From the IMG/VR virus record IMGVR_UViG_3300037264_006630, positions 64,001 to 128,000 of that record: DNA of 64,000 nt. The stretch is one strand, 5' to 3'. This document shows, one piece after another, positions 47,615 to 56,166 of this stretch. Within the stretch, counting starts at the first letter, position 1. Each line of letters opens with the position of its first letter. The translations under genes were made by a program, and so were the position numbers. Source of the stretch: a virus. The notes under the pieces were generated by a model, which was given only the letters and a program-made list of their open reading frames with translations, did not search any database and was not told the DNA's origin.

Positions 47615-48240
47615 TCGAGGCCCTGACCGAGCAGCTCTGCGCCGAGCTCGCGCAGCTCGACGAGGACGCGCGGATCGACGCACTCAACGCCGTGCGCACC
47701 GCCCTGCACGCGGTGTCGCCGCTGCGCGCCGAGCCGGTCGACCTGGTGCTGTGGGTCCGGGCCGAGCAGGTCCGCGGCAACGACTACAACCCCAACAGCG
47801 TAGCGCCGCCCGAGATGCGGCTCCTCCAGCACAGCGTCCTGGCCAACGGCTTCACCATGCCGATCGTCACCCATGAGATCGACGACGGCGTGACCGAGGT
47901 GGTCGATGGGTTCCACCGCCACCGCATCGGCAAGGACACCCCGGAGATCCGCACGCGCTGTCACGCCCGCCTGCCGGTCACCCGGATCCGCGCCGACCGC
48001 GCCGACACCGGCGCCCGCATCGCCGCCACCATCGAGCACAACCGCGCCCGCGGTGAGCATCAGGTCGGCCGCATGAGCGAGATCGTCCGCATGCTGTACC
48101 AGCAGGGCTGGAGCGAGACGCGGATCATGAAGGAGTTGGGGATGGAGGCCGACGAAGTGTTGCGCCTCAAGCAGATGACCGGGCTCGCTGACCTGTTCGC
48201 GGGCCGTGAATTCTCCGAGGCATGGGAGCCGAACGAATGA
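47611..48240 (+). CDS. IbrB/YbdM-like ParB/Srx-domain protein
   Basis: NDYNPNSVAPPEMRLL..SVLANGFTMPIV, VVDGFHRH, ATIEHNRARGEH, ELGMEADEVLRLKQMTG. Confidence 0.9.
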   Translation: MIEALTEQLCAELAQLDEDARIDALNAVRTALHAVSPLRAEPVDLVLWVRAEQVRGNDYNPNSVAPPEMRLLQHSVLANGFTMPIVTHEIDDGVTEVVDGFHRHRIGKDTPEIRTRCHARLPVTRIRADRADTGARIAATIEHNRARGEHQVGRMSEIVRMLYQQGWSETRIMKELGMEADEVLRLKQMTGLADLFAGREFSEAWEPNE

Positions 48241-48461
48241 CCGACCGCATCCGCCACCTCACCGTCCTGCTCGAGCAGGACACCCGCACCGACGATCTCG
48301 AACCGATCATCGCCGCCATCTCCCACATCCGCGGCGTCGCCAAGGTGACGCCCGGCCAGCCGGTGAACATGAGTGACTACATCGCCCGCGAGACCGCCAA
48401 GCGCGAACTCGGCGTGCAGCTCTTGGCGATCGTCTTCCCGAAGCAGGAGCCGCGGTCGTGA
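48237..48461 (+). CDS. Hypothetical protein
   Basis: ATGA overlap; 74 aa. Confidence 0.65.
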   Translation: MTDRIRHLTVLLEQDTRTDDLEPIIAAISHIRGVAKVTPGQPVNMSDYIARETAKRELGVQLLAIVFPKQEPRS

Positions 48462-48652
48462 GCGGCAAGATCGGAGTCGGTTCAGTGGTCCTCTTGAATG
48501 GCGCCCATTGGACCGTGGAGGAGGTGTTCAACGCGCACGGACACGATGCGGCGCACTTGGTCCGGGACGCGGGCGGCCAGCCGCAGCGTGCGCTGGCCGT
48601 GCCGCTGGATGGGTTGGCCGCCGTCGATGTCGCCGTCCCGGTCAAGGAGTGA
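48458..48652 (+). CDS. Hypothetical protein
   Basis: GTGA overlap. Confidence 0.6.
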   Translation: MSGKIGVGSVVLLNGAHWTVEEVFNAHGHDAAHLVRDAGGQPQRALAVPLDGLAAVDVAVPVKE

Positions 48653-48654
48653 CC

Positions 48655-48993
48655 ATGCCCGAGCCGATCAGCCTAACCCCGCCGGCCGCCGCCTGCGCCA
48701 TCCTCACCATCACCACCGACCGCGGCACCATCGAGGCGTGGGTCGTCTTCGACGATCTCCACACCGCGCAGGCACGCTTCGTCGAAGCGCCGACCTGGCC
48801 CGAGGCCACGAAGTACATCATGCAGGCGGACGGCAACACCTCCGCGGTCGCGGGTCGCGGGCGCCGCTGGTACGTCGTCCGCGACAGCGGCGAGGTCACG
48901 CCCTGGCACCTGGCCCCGGCCGAGCTCACCTACGCCGCCGACCTGCGCCGCGCCTGCGAGGCCGCGCTGGTCATGAACGGCTCGCACTCGTGA
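48655..48993 (+). CDS. Hypothetical protein
   Basis: AAGGAG SD; 112 aa. Confidence 0.65.
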   Translation: MPEPISLTPPAAACAILTITTDRGTIEAWVVFDDLHTAQARFVEAPTWPEATKYIMQADGNTSAVAGRGRRWYVVRDSGEVTPWHLAPAELTYAADLRRACEAALVMNGSHS

Positions 48994-49011
48994 TGCGCCA
49001 CCTCGTCACGC

Positions 49012-49030
49012 CTGTCGTCGGCGCCGACAC
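49012..49030. repeat. Distal 19-bp palindrome of cassette M
   Basis: CTGTCGTCG-G-CGCCGACAC, 95 bp from the proximal copy. Confidence 0.7.
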
Positions 49031-49106
49031 CTGCACCGCAAGCCCGCAGGCCGGCACGTCGTTCGAGGGACTGGCGAGATCGCGCACGGTCACCATCCGT
49101 TCCGCG

Positions 49107-49208
49107 CTGTCGCCGCCAGCGACACCCGGCCCCGATCGCCCCCAGCATCCGCGCCACCTTCCGTCCACCGCCAACCTGGCACCCCTCGTGCTCTACACCT
49201 CCACCATG
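49107..49208 (+). promoter_or_regulatory. Sigma54-type cassette M (operator absent)
   Basis: Palindrome 49107-49125, TGGCACC-CCTC-GTGCT (49177-49192), ATG 49206. Confidence 0.72.
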
Positions 49209-49364
49209 ACCAACGCCTCGACCGACACCAGCACGCCGCCCGCGGAGCCCACGCCCGCTGCCACCGAGCGGCGGCCGAGCCCGCCCTTCCCGTTCATCGA
49301 CATCAGCGGGGCCGCCGAAGCCAGGGCCGCCGTGGGTCAGCCCGTCCCGCCCGGAGTCAACTGA
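49206..49364 (+). CDS. Small Pro-rich hypothetical protein
   Basis: 52 aa from the promoter-proximal ATG; stop 1 nt before the next ATG. Confidence 0.55.
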   Translation: MTNASTDTSTPPAEPTPAATERRPSPPFPFIDISGAAEARAAVGQPVPPGVN

Positions 49365-49365
49365 G

Positions 49366-49635
49366 ATGCCCGAGTCCAAGCCCAAGAAGCTCCGCGCCGA
49401 GGTCGCCGCTCGCGCAGCCCACGGCACCCGCCAGGCCATCCCCGTCATCACCGATGTGGCGCCGGTGCCGAAGCGCCACCTGACCCTGCCGGACGTCGTT
49501 CGCGAGGTCACCCACCGCGGTCGGTTCACGGTGACCCAGATCGCCGGCGCCATCGGCGTCTCGGCCGGGTCAGTCCGGTTCTCTGAGATCGCCACCGAGG
49601 TCGGCAAGGTCCCCGGCTACCGGCCGCTCCGGTAA
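49366..49635 (+). CDS. Small protein, possible HTH
   Basis: LPDVVREV...FTVTQIAGAIGVSAGSV. Confidence 0.55.
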   Translation: MPESKPKKLRAEVAARAAHGTRQAIPVITDVAPVPKRHLTLPDVVREVTHRGRFTVTQIAGAIGVSAGSVRFSEIATEVGKVPGYRPLR

Positions 49636-49788
49636 CCGCTCCCCGTTCACGCGCTCCAGCCTGGCCTTCCCCAGCGGGCGCCCGGGGCTGTCGATGGGAC
49701 CTCACCTGTCGATAGCACCCCTCACCCGGGTTTGGTAGCTGACCTCGGAGGTCAGACTGGAACGCGCGAGCAGCCAAGGATTACGATC

Positions 49789-50070
49789 ATGCCCACCACC
49801 AAGACCCTCACTCACCCGACGATCCACCTGAACGGCTCCGGCCGCCAGCACCTCCTGGACGGCTACAGCAACGCGCGCGACAAGGTCCGCGAGCTCGAGT
49901 CCGCGCTCATGGCGGCGGCGCCCAACGGCCGCGACTACTACCCGCAGGGCGAGTCCGCGATCGGCCGTGCCATCGCCGAGCACTGCTCGCGCCTGGACCG
50001 CCTCCGGGCGCTCGATGCCGAGTTGGCCGAGCTCCAGCAGGCCGTGGCCGACGCGTCGGGTCGCCGGTGA
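49789..50070 (+). CDS. Conserved phage hypothetical protein
   Basis: PTIHLNGS...APNGRDYYPQG motif recognised from other phages. Confidence 0.75.
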   Translation: MPTTKTLTHPTIHLNGSGRQHLLDGYSNARDKVRELESALMAAAPNGRDYYPQGESAIGRAIAEHCSRLDRLRALDAELAELQQAVADASGRR

Positions 50071-50273
50071 TGTCGGCCCTGTTCTACCGGCTGCACCAGA
50101 CCGGACGCGGCGCGCGCGACTTCACCGAGCGGTACGAGGCGATCGCGCAGTGGCGGCACGCAACCACCCAGGTGGAGGACGGCGAGAGCACCAGCCTCTA
50201 CGCGGTCCGGGAGAGCAAGAACGAGGAGGAGCTCCTGGCTCACTACCAGCCGGTCCCGCACCGGATGGTGTAG
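50067..50273 (+). CDS. Hypothetical protein
   Basis: GTGA overlap. Confidence 0.55.
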   Translation: MMSALFYRLHQTGRGARDFTERYEAIAQWRHATTQVEDGESTSLYAVRESKNEEELLAHYQPVPHRMV

Positions 50274-50291
50274 CTATGCAACTTCTGCGGA

Positions 50292-50392
50292 CTGGAGTCG
50301 GCGACGACAGTTGAGCCGCTACTCCGGACCAGCCTTCGCGCACATGAACGTGCGCACGAACGGCACGCCGCGTGCTGTAGTATCCGGGCATG
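50292..50392 (+). promoter_or_regulatory. Sigma54-type cassette N
   Basis: Palindrome 50292-50310, operator TTCGCGCAC-ATGAACGT-GCGCACGAA 50335-50360, CGGCACG-CCGC-GTGCT (50361-50376), ATG 50390. Confidence 0.8.
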
Positions 50393-51544
50393 CAAGCGCT
50401 CCTGAACATCACGACGACGAGGCCCGGCCGCACTGACCGTGGCGTCATCGACGATGACGCGGTTGCGGCGCTGCTCGCCGCCAACGCGCCGGTGGCGATC
50501 GGCGTGTCGGGCGGGAAGGACTCCTGCGCCTGCGCGCTGAAGACCATCGAGCACCTCGACGCGATCGGTCACACCGGCCCCCGCGTCCTGGTCCACAGCG
50601 ACTTGGGCCGGGTGGAGTGGGCGGATTCGGGCCCCACCTGCGAGCGGCTGGCCGCCCACCTCGGCCTCGAGTTGCTGACCGTCCGTCGCGAGGCTGGCGA
50701 CATGATGGACCGCTGGCTCGTCCGCTGGTCCAACAACTGCGAGCGCTACCGCACCCTCCGGTGCGTGAAGAAGATCCTGCCCTGGTCGACGCCGGCCATG
50801 CGGTTTTGCACCAGCGAGATGAAGACCGCCGTCATCTGCCGTGCCCTGGTGGCGCGCTTCCCGGGCCAGACCATCGTGTCGGCCAGCGGCATCCGCCGCG
50901 AGGAGAGCGCCCGACGGAAGAAGGCGCCGATCTCCAAGCCGCAGAAGAAGCTGACCAGCACGACCCGCTGCACCACCGGCCTGGACTGGAACCCGATCCT
51001 CGAGTGGACCAAGACCGACGTGTTCGCCTTCTGCGCTGACCGCGGCTTCGCGATGCACGAGGCGTACGCCACCTACGGGGTGACGCGGGTGAGCTGCGTG
51101 TTCTGCATCATGTCGAGCGCCGACGACCTCGTGGCCTCGGCCGCGTGCCTGGGCAACCAGGACGTCTTCCGCGAGATGGTCGACCTGGAGATTCGCAGCA
51201 CCTTTGCCTTCCAGGGCGGCAAGTGGCTGGCTGATTCTGCACCCCACCTGCTCGACGCCGACCGCCGCGCGGCCCTCGTGGTCGCCAAGGAGCGTGCAGC
51301 CCGGCGAGTGGCGGCGGAGAGCCGGATCCCCAAGCACCTCCTCTTCACCAAGGGCTGGCCCACCGTCATGCCCACCGCGGAAGAGGCGGTGATGCTGTGC
51401 GAGGTTCGCTCCGAGGTGGCCGCGCTGCTCGGCCTCACCATCGAGTACACCGAGCCCGCGGCGCTACTCGGGCGCTACCGCGAGCTGATGGCGATGAACG
51501 CGGCAAAGGTGCAGGTCGATGACGAGGACGACGACGACGCTTGA
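50390..51544 (+). CDS. PAPS-reductase-family (PP-loop) protein
   Basis: IGVSGGKDS, HSDLGRVEW, RFCTSEMK, SGIRREESARR, WNPILEWT, RVSCVFCIMSS. Confidence 0.88.
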   Translation: MQALLNITTTRPGRTDRGVIDDDAVAALLAANAPVAIGVSGGKDSCACALKTIEHLDAIGHTGPRVLVHSDLGRVEWADSGPTCERLAAHLGLELLTVRREAGDMMDRWLVRWSNNCERYRTLRCVKKILPWSTPAMRFCTSEMKTAVICRALVARFPGQTIVSASGIRREESARRKKAPISKPQKKLTSTTRCTTGLDWNPILEWTKTDVFAFCADRGFAMHEAYATYGVTRVSCVFCIMSSADDLVASAACLGNQDVFREMVDLEIRSTFAFQGGKWLADSAPHLLDADRRAALVVAKERAARRVAAESRIPKHLLFTKGWPTVMPTAEEAVMLCEVRSEVAALLGLTIEYTEPAALLGRYRELMAMNAAKVQVDDEDDDDA

Positions 51545-51581
51545 CCATCGCACGTTTCGTGCGTATGGTCGTGTGTATGAA
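51541..51581 (+). promoter_or_regulatory. Sigma70-type promoter with 26-bp operator (51556-51581)
   Basis: TTGACC-N17-TATGGT; TTCGTGCGT-ATGGTCGT-GTGTATGAA; the -35 overlaps the upstream TGA. Confidence 0.8.
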
Positions 51582-52275
51582 CGCAACGCAGTCGCGGAAC
51601 CATCGCGCCGCGGCCCGGGAGATCCGGGACCGCCGGTCCCCCATGCCCAACATTTCGACCGATGATCGCACCCTGGTCACCGCTGCTCGGCGCCCCGTGG
51701 CCACCTGCCCGCCCGGCTACAGCGTGTCGGTCGGCAAGGGCGGGACGTTCCTGCCGTACAGGGGAGACCAGTCGTGGGGCTGGTGCGGTGGCGTTCACCA
51801 GTCCAGGGAGTCCGCCGTGGGCGAAGCCTGGGACCACTACGATCGCCAGGTCACCCCCGTCGATCGGCGCACCGGCATGGTCGAGATCGACGGGGTGTGG
51901 CAGTGCCGTGCCCCCGGCGAGTTCGCGCGCCGCCTGACGCGGAAGGGCGCGGCGTCCTGGCTCGCCAAGCGCGGACTCAACCCCGACGGCACCCCGATCG
52001 CGACGCCCGCCGATACCGAGGCCGCCGCCAAGGTGATGGCCTACGCCGACCGTCACGTCGCCAACCGCGGCCTCAAGCCGACCTTCCCCGCCCTCTGGCC
52101 GTGCGATCGCACGGTGCTGGACGCCTGGCCGGTCGTGGACGTCAACCACCCCAACCCGACCATCAAGACCGAGATCGCCCACTTCACCACCCGCGCGCTC
52201 GCGATGGCCGCCGTTGCCGCGGCCGAGGCGAAGCACGCCGACGTGATCACCGCGCAGCGCGGCCGAGGCGAATGA
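51577..52275 (+). CDS. Hypothetical protein, probably leaderless
   Basis: Operator-embedded ATG; MNATQ... Confidence 0.7.
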   Translation: MNATQSRNHRAAAREIRDRRSPMPNISTDDRTLVTAARRPVATCPPGYSVSVGKGGTFLPYRGDQSWGWCGGVHQSRESAVGEAWDHYDRQVTPVDRRTGMVEIDGVWQCRAPGEFARRLTRKGAASWLAKRGLNPDGTPIATPADTEAAAKVMAYADRHVANRGLKPTFPALWPCDRTVLDAWPVVDVNHPNPTIKTEIAHFTTRALAMAAVAAAEAKHADVITAQRGRGE

Positions 52276-52487
52276 CGCCACCGGTCATAATCGCCGTCGT
52301 GTTCGGCGGGTTGCTCTACACGTTCATCGGTGCGGCCTTGGCGCTGTTCCGGTCCCGCGGCGCAGGGCGCGGCATCTGGGATGGAGCCTTCACGGCTGCC
52401 GTTTGGCCAGTGCTGATCTATCTCGTCTGGATGACCATCGTGATCCGTTGCATCGAGCGCATGTTCGCTTCGACGAAAGGCCGCTGA
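52272..52487 (+). CDS. Small membrane protein
   Basis: Two hydrophobic helices; ATGA overlap. Confidence 0.65.
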   Translation: MTPPVIIAVVFGGLLYTFIGAALALFRSRGAGRGIWDGAFTAAVWPVLIYLVWMTIVIRCIERMFASTKGR

Positions 52488-52489
52488 CC

Positions 52490-52660
52490 ATGGCACGCAG
52501 AACCAGCATCCAGCCCAAGGACACGCACTGGCCGCCGGCCGGTGTCCGCGACATCCGGCCTGACGACCCGATGAACGCGGGGCCCCTGACCATCCGTCTC
52601 GGCAACCAGTTCGCCGCTGCCTTCGCGAAGATGAAGGCCAAGCAAGGAGCCAGTCAGTGA
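52490..52660 (+). CDS. Hypothetical protein
   Basis: 56 aa. Confidence 0.5.
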   Translation: MARRTSIQPKDTHWPPAGVRDIRPDDPMNAGPLTIRLGNQFAAAFAKMKAKQGASQ

Positions 52661-53043
52661 TCACCTACGGCATCATCTACGCCATCGTCGCCGTCGTCGT
52701 GGTGTGCGGTCTCATCCTCGCCACCGACTACACCGTCGACCGGCTCAAGCTCCTGGCCCGCGGCATCCTCTGGCCGGTCACGCTCTTCCAGATCCTCTAC
52801 CTGTTCATCGCGGGCGTCGTCTGGCACCGGCGGATCAGCGGTCCGCACAAGCGTCTCCAGGTCGCCTACGCGGACTGGCAGACCGCCAACGCAAAGACGT
52901 TCGTGCGGCGGTCCTTCCACGAGTTCGTGCGCGACGTGTACTGCCAGCGGCGGATCTCGGGCGCTGTCGATCCGGTCCCGTCCGAGAGCTTGCTGGCCGA
53001 CGCCAAGCGCTGGATCGATCTCGAAGTCAGGCGCCCGAAGTGA
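52657..53043 (+). CDS. Membrane protein
   Basis: N-terminal and second hydrophobic helices. Confidence 0.65.
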   Translation: MITYGIIYAIVAVVVVCGLILATDYTVDRLKLLARGILWPVTLFQILYLFIAGVVWHRRISGPHKRLQVAYADWQTANAKTFVRRSFHEFVRDVYCQRRISGAVDPVPSESLLADAKRWIDLEVRRPK

Positions 53044-53375
53044 GCGGCATCGTCATCCAGGACCACGTTGGCAAAGACGGCACCCGCTCGGCGCTGATCG
53101 TCGACACCTCGCGCACCGAGGAGTTGGGCGGCCCGGTCATCCTCGCGGCCGTGCCCGAGGCGCAGGTGCTCGGGCTCTACGATGCGATCGGCAAGTGGCT
53201 CTACGTGGAGGTGGTGGTCCAGGAAGTTGGCAACGTGAGGTTGGTCAGGAATGCTCTCGGGCTCTGGGGAGTGCTTGTCAGCAACCCCTACGGTATCTGC
53301 GCCCCCTGTCGCTACGAGACGTCCGAGAGGGTCGCGCGTGAGGAGTTCCATCAGCGGACCAGAGGGACGCCGTGA
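53040..53375 (+). CDS. Hypothetical protein
   Basis: GTGA overlaps. Confidence 0.6.
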   Translation: MSGIVIQDHVGKDGTRSALIVDTSRTEELGGPVILAAVPEAQVLGLYDAIGKWLYVEVVVQEVGNVRLVRNALGLWGVLVSNPYGICAPCRYETSERVAREEFHQRTRGTP

Positions 53376-54379
53376 CGCCGCTGATGGAGCGTGCGCTCAT
53401 CGAGCTCGCCGGCCGCGTCGATCCGGCCGTCCGCGGCGTGGTCGCCTTCTCGCTCGGCTTGAAGTCGCGCGCACTGGTGACGCCGTTCTGCAAGCTCGAG
53501 GACGAACGACTGATCGAGCGCACCGGCGACTCTGACCACTGGCGGATCACCGAGAAGGGCCTGGCCTACGCCGTCCACGGCATCGCCGACACCCCGGCGG
53601 GCATCGTCGCGCGCTACCGAGCCCTCGTCGATGCCCGGGAGGCAGTGGTTCCGCCCGTCCGTGATGCGCGCCAGGTCGCCGCCGATGCGCGCCTCGCCGA
53701 TCTCATCGCCGCCGCGGCCCGGGACGGCGACCTGACGGAGACCGACCTCGCGGGCGTCATGGTCGGCCTGCCGATGTCCAGGCTCGGCACCATGGCCGAG
53801 TACATCACCCGCATGGTGATCGAGTTGCGCCGCCGCCGCGAAGCCGTCGCCACCCAGGCGCCAGCGGCGTACCAGGTGGTCGGTGTGGCCGGGAACGAGC
53901 TGCTAACGACCTCGTCCGCGGACACGGCCGCGGCGCGGGTGCGCGATGCGGGACAGGGCGCAACGGTTCGTCCGCTCTACACCGCCGCATCGATCGGTCC
54001 CGACGACTCGCCGCTCATGGAGGAACTGCGCCAGCATCGCGAGCGCGTCGAGGATGCGAGGCTGGGCGCGATCGCGACAGGCACGCCGGAAGGTGTGGGT
54101 CCGGCGGAACCGTGGGACCAAGCCGAGCTCGAAGCGTTCGCCGAAGAGGTGACGCTGCTCGACGGCGTGCAGATGGCGATGTTCAACGGCTCCGCCGTGG
54201 CCAGCCTCGCCTGCGAGGTTCTGCGCAGCCGGCGCGCGCTCTCTGACCCGGCGCTCCAACCGCCGTGGCTACCCGACCTGCTCGCGATGTTCGGCTGGCA
54301 AGGCGGGACGTACAGTCAAGCTCTCGCCGAGGTGCGCCGACTGCGTGCCTTCGAGCTCGCCGCCCCGAAGGGATCCTGA
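53372..54379 (+). CDS. Mosaic hypothetical protein (N-terminal wHTH-like; PxxY...PLYT module)
   Basis: 335 aa; LIERTG...WRITEKG. Confidence 0.7.
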   Translation: MTPLMERALIELAGRVDPAVRGVVAFSLGLKSRALVTPFCKLEDERLIERTGDSDHWRITEKGLAYAVHGIADTPAGIVARYRALVDAREAVVPPVRDARQVAADARLADLIAAAARDGDLTETDLAGVMVGLPMSRLGTMAEYITRMVIELRRRREAVATQAPAAYQVVGVAGNELLTTSSADTAAARVRDAGQGATVRPLYTAASIGPDDSPLMEELRQHRERVEDARLGAIATGTPEGVGPAEPWDQAELEAFAEEVTLLDGVQMAMFNGSAVASLACEVLRSRRALSDPALQPPWLPDLLAMFGWQGGTYSQALAEVRRLRAFELAAPKGS

Positions 54380-54381
54380 CC

Positions 54382-55359
54382 ATGCCACCCACCCTGCTCG
54401 AGCTCTACGATCGCCTCATGACGATGGAGGGCACCGACATCCGCAACGAGGTCGCCACCCTGTGCGGGATCATGAGCGGCATCGAGGGCCGGGTGGAGAA
54501 GATGCGGCGCGGCTTCGTGCCGCTCTCCGACCTCGAAGACTGGAAGGAGCGCGCGAGGGAGGCGGGAAGCCGCCACCAGATGTTCGCGTTCGCGCTCGAC
54601 GGCATCGGCAAGATGGTCGGCGTGGCCATCGACCAGGAAGAGGGCTGGACGCACGAGGACATCGACCGGCTGGAGGCCGCGGTGTCGGCGGCGCTCCGTG
54701 ATGCCGGCATCGCCGATGCAGGCGGGATCACTGCGGGCCGACTGGCCGGGGCGTGGGCTCGGATGGAAGGCGACCCGGCGCACGCCGACAAGGACCCGAT
54801 CGATCGGGCCGGCGTGGTGCTGGGCCAGCTCAGACACAAGCCAGCGGCCACGGTCGAGACGCCGACCCAACAGCCGTACGGCTACGTCGTCACCAAGGCC
54901 CGGCCCGGCGCGTCCTTCACGACCAGCAAGGCCATCGCCGATGGGATGGTGAAAGCCCGGGACGGTGCCGAACTCGTCACGGTCTACACGGCGCCGATGC
55001 CGCCGCAGCCGTTCGCTCCGGCCAAGCGCTCCCGGCCGAGCTGCACCAACTGCCTCATCGCCAACCGCGATGACATCGACCACCGCACGGTCGACTGCCC
55101 GCATCAGACCCTCACCGTCCTCGTCGCGCTGGCTTCCCCGGACTTCATTCAGCGCCGGTTCCACGTCCGCTGTCTGATCGGCTCAAGCGACGGCCCTGCC
55201 TTCGCGCGGATCCGCTGCGGACCCAGCGGTGTACTTCAACTCGCGTGGTCCGACTCCCCCACGCGCGAGCCATGCTCCTGGGAGTTGCTCGACTGGACCG
55301 CAGACCTCATCGCCGCCGAGCAGGTCTCCTTCGTCCCGGCTCCGCCGGAGGATGCGTGA
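54382..55359 (+). CDS. Mosaic hypothetical protein (coiled coil; PYGY...VYT module; CxxC..H...CPH)
   Basis: 325 aa. Confidence 0.7.
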   Translation: MPPTLLELYDRLMTMEGTDIRNEVATLCGIMSGIEGRVEKMRRGFVPLSDLEDWKERAREAGSRHQMFAFALDGIGKMVGVAIDQEEGWTHEDIDRLEAAVSAALRDAGIADAGGITAGRLAGAWARMEGDPAHADKDPIDRAGVVLGQLRHKPAATVETPTQQPYGYVVTKARPGASFTTSKAIADGMVKARDGAELVTVYTAPMPPQPFAPAKRSRPSCTNCLIANRDDIDHRTVDCPHQTLTVLVALASPDFIQRRFHVRCLIGSSDGPAFARIRCGPSGVLQLAWSDSPTREPCSWELLDWTADLIAAEQVSFVPAPPEDA

Positions 55360-55664
55360 GCGAGGCGCCGCTGGTCGGCGGCGACCTGCACGTCTCCGCG
55401 GTCTGGTACGGCCAGAACACCGAGCGTGCGACCCGCGACGGCATGGTCTCCCTGACGCTGTCGACGCCAATCGGCGATCTGCACCAAGACCTGGGGCCGC
55501 TGTCCGCCGTCTCCTTCGGTCGCGCGCGGTCGATCGCCGACCGGCTGGGGGCGCACTTCGTGGTCCACCACGCGCTGGTCGCACTGGTCACGTCGTGGGG
55601 CTGCGATGTTTCGTGCCCCTGCGCCGACTGCTCGGCCAAGTCTCGGTCCGGCAAGCGTCCTTGA
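55356..55664 (+). CDS. Hypothetical protein
   Basis: GTGA overlap; C-terminal CxxxCxCxxC. Confidence 0.6.
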   Translation: MSEAPLVGGDLHVSAVWYGQNTERATRDGMVSLTLSTPIGDLHQDLGPLSAVSFGRARSIADRLGAHFVVHHALVALVTSWGCDVSCPCADCSAKSRSGKRP

Positions 55665-55701
55665 CGCGCCAGACGTTCGCGCGTATCGATATGTGTATGA
55701 A
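55661..55701 (+). promoter_or_regulatory. Sigma70-type promoter with 26-bp operator (55676-55701)
   Basis: TTGACG-N17-TATCGA; TTCGCGCGT-ATCGATAT-GTGTATGAA. Confidence 0.75.
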
Positions 55702-55720
55702 CGTTCGGAGCCCCGCATGA
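55697..55720 (+). CDS. Leader micro-ORF MNVRSPA
   Basis: Starts at the operator-embedded ATG; its TGA overlaps the ATG of 55717..56166. Confidence 0.5.
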   Translation: MNVRSPA

Positions 55721-56166
55721 GCAAGTCCACATCCACCAGCGCCCCCCGCCAGCGCCGCCGCCACGTCACGCCGCCGGGTGCCACCCCGCCGCCCGCCGCG
55801 CCGCGCCGCGCCGCCAAGCCCGCCATCGCGCCGCCGGTCGAGTGGGACCCGAGCCGCACGAGGATGGCCGGCAACAGCCGCATCCAGGTGCCGGCGACCG
55901 ACGAGCAGAAGACGCTGCTCAAGCGCGCCGCCGACGCGGCCGGCTTCGGCAACGTCCGCGCCACCGGCGGCATGGGCGCCTACATCGCCAACCGCGTCCT
56001 GGTGGTCGCCGCCGCCGAGCTGGCCGGCGAGGCGCCGCTGGTCCTGGGGGCCAAGGTCGCCGCCGACGCCAAGGCTCTCGCCGCCGCCGAGGGCTGCACC
56101 TCGGACGATCTCATCGCCAAGTCGCTCGATATGCTCCGCGCGGTGCGCGCCTCGGCCTCGCGGTGA
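55717..56166 (+). CDS. Ribbon-helix-helix-like DNA-binding protein
   Basis: SRIQVPATDEQKTLLKRAADAAG...MGAYIANRVL fits the RHH strand-helix-helix pattern. Confidence 0.6.
   Translation: MSKSTSTSAPRQRRRHVTPPGATPPPAAPRRAAKPAIAPPVEWDPSRTRMAGNSRIQVPATDEQKTLLKRAADAAGFGNVRATGGMGAYIANRVLVVAAAELAGEAPLVLGAKVAADAKALAAAEGCTSDDLIAKSLDMLRAVRASASR

Noticed and set aside
49758-49772. Additional sigma54-like site TGGAACG-CGCG-AGCA before 49789
   Set aside because: Spacing is one base short, and the gene has a normal AAGGA SD.
46029-51544. Complete Dnd/Ssp phosphorothioation system or sulfate assimilation genes
   Set aside because: No cysteine desulfurase, DndD/DndE, SspB/SspC or cysD/cysN/cysC is recognisable in the window.
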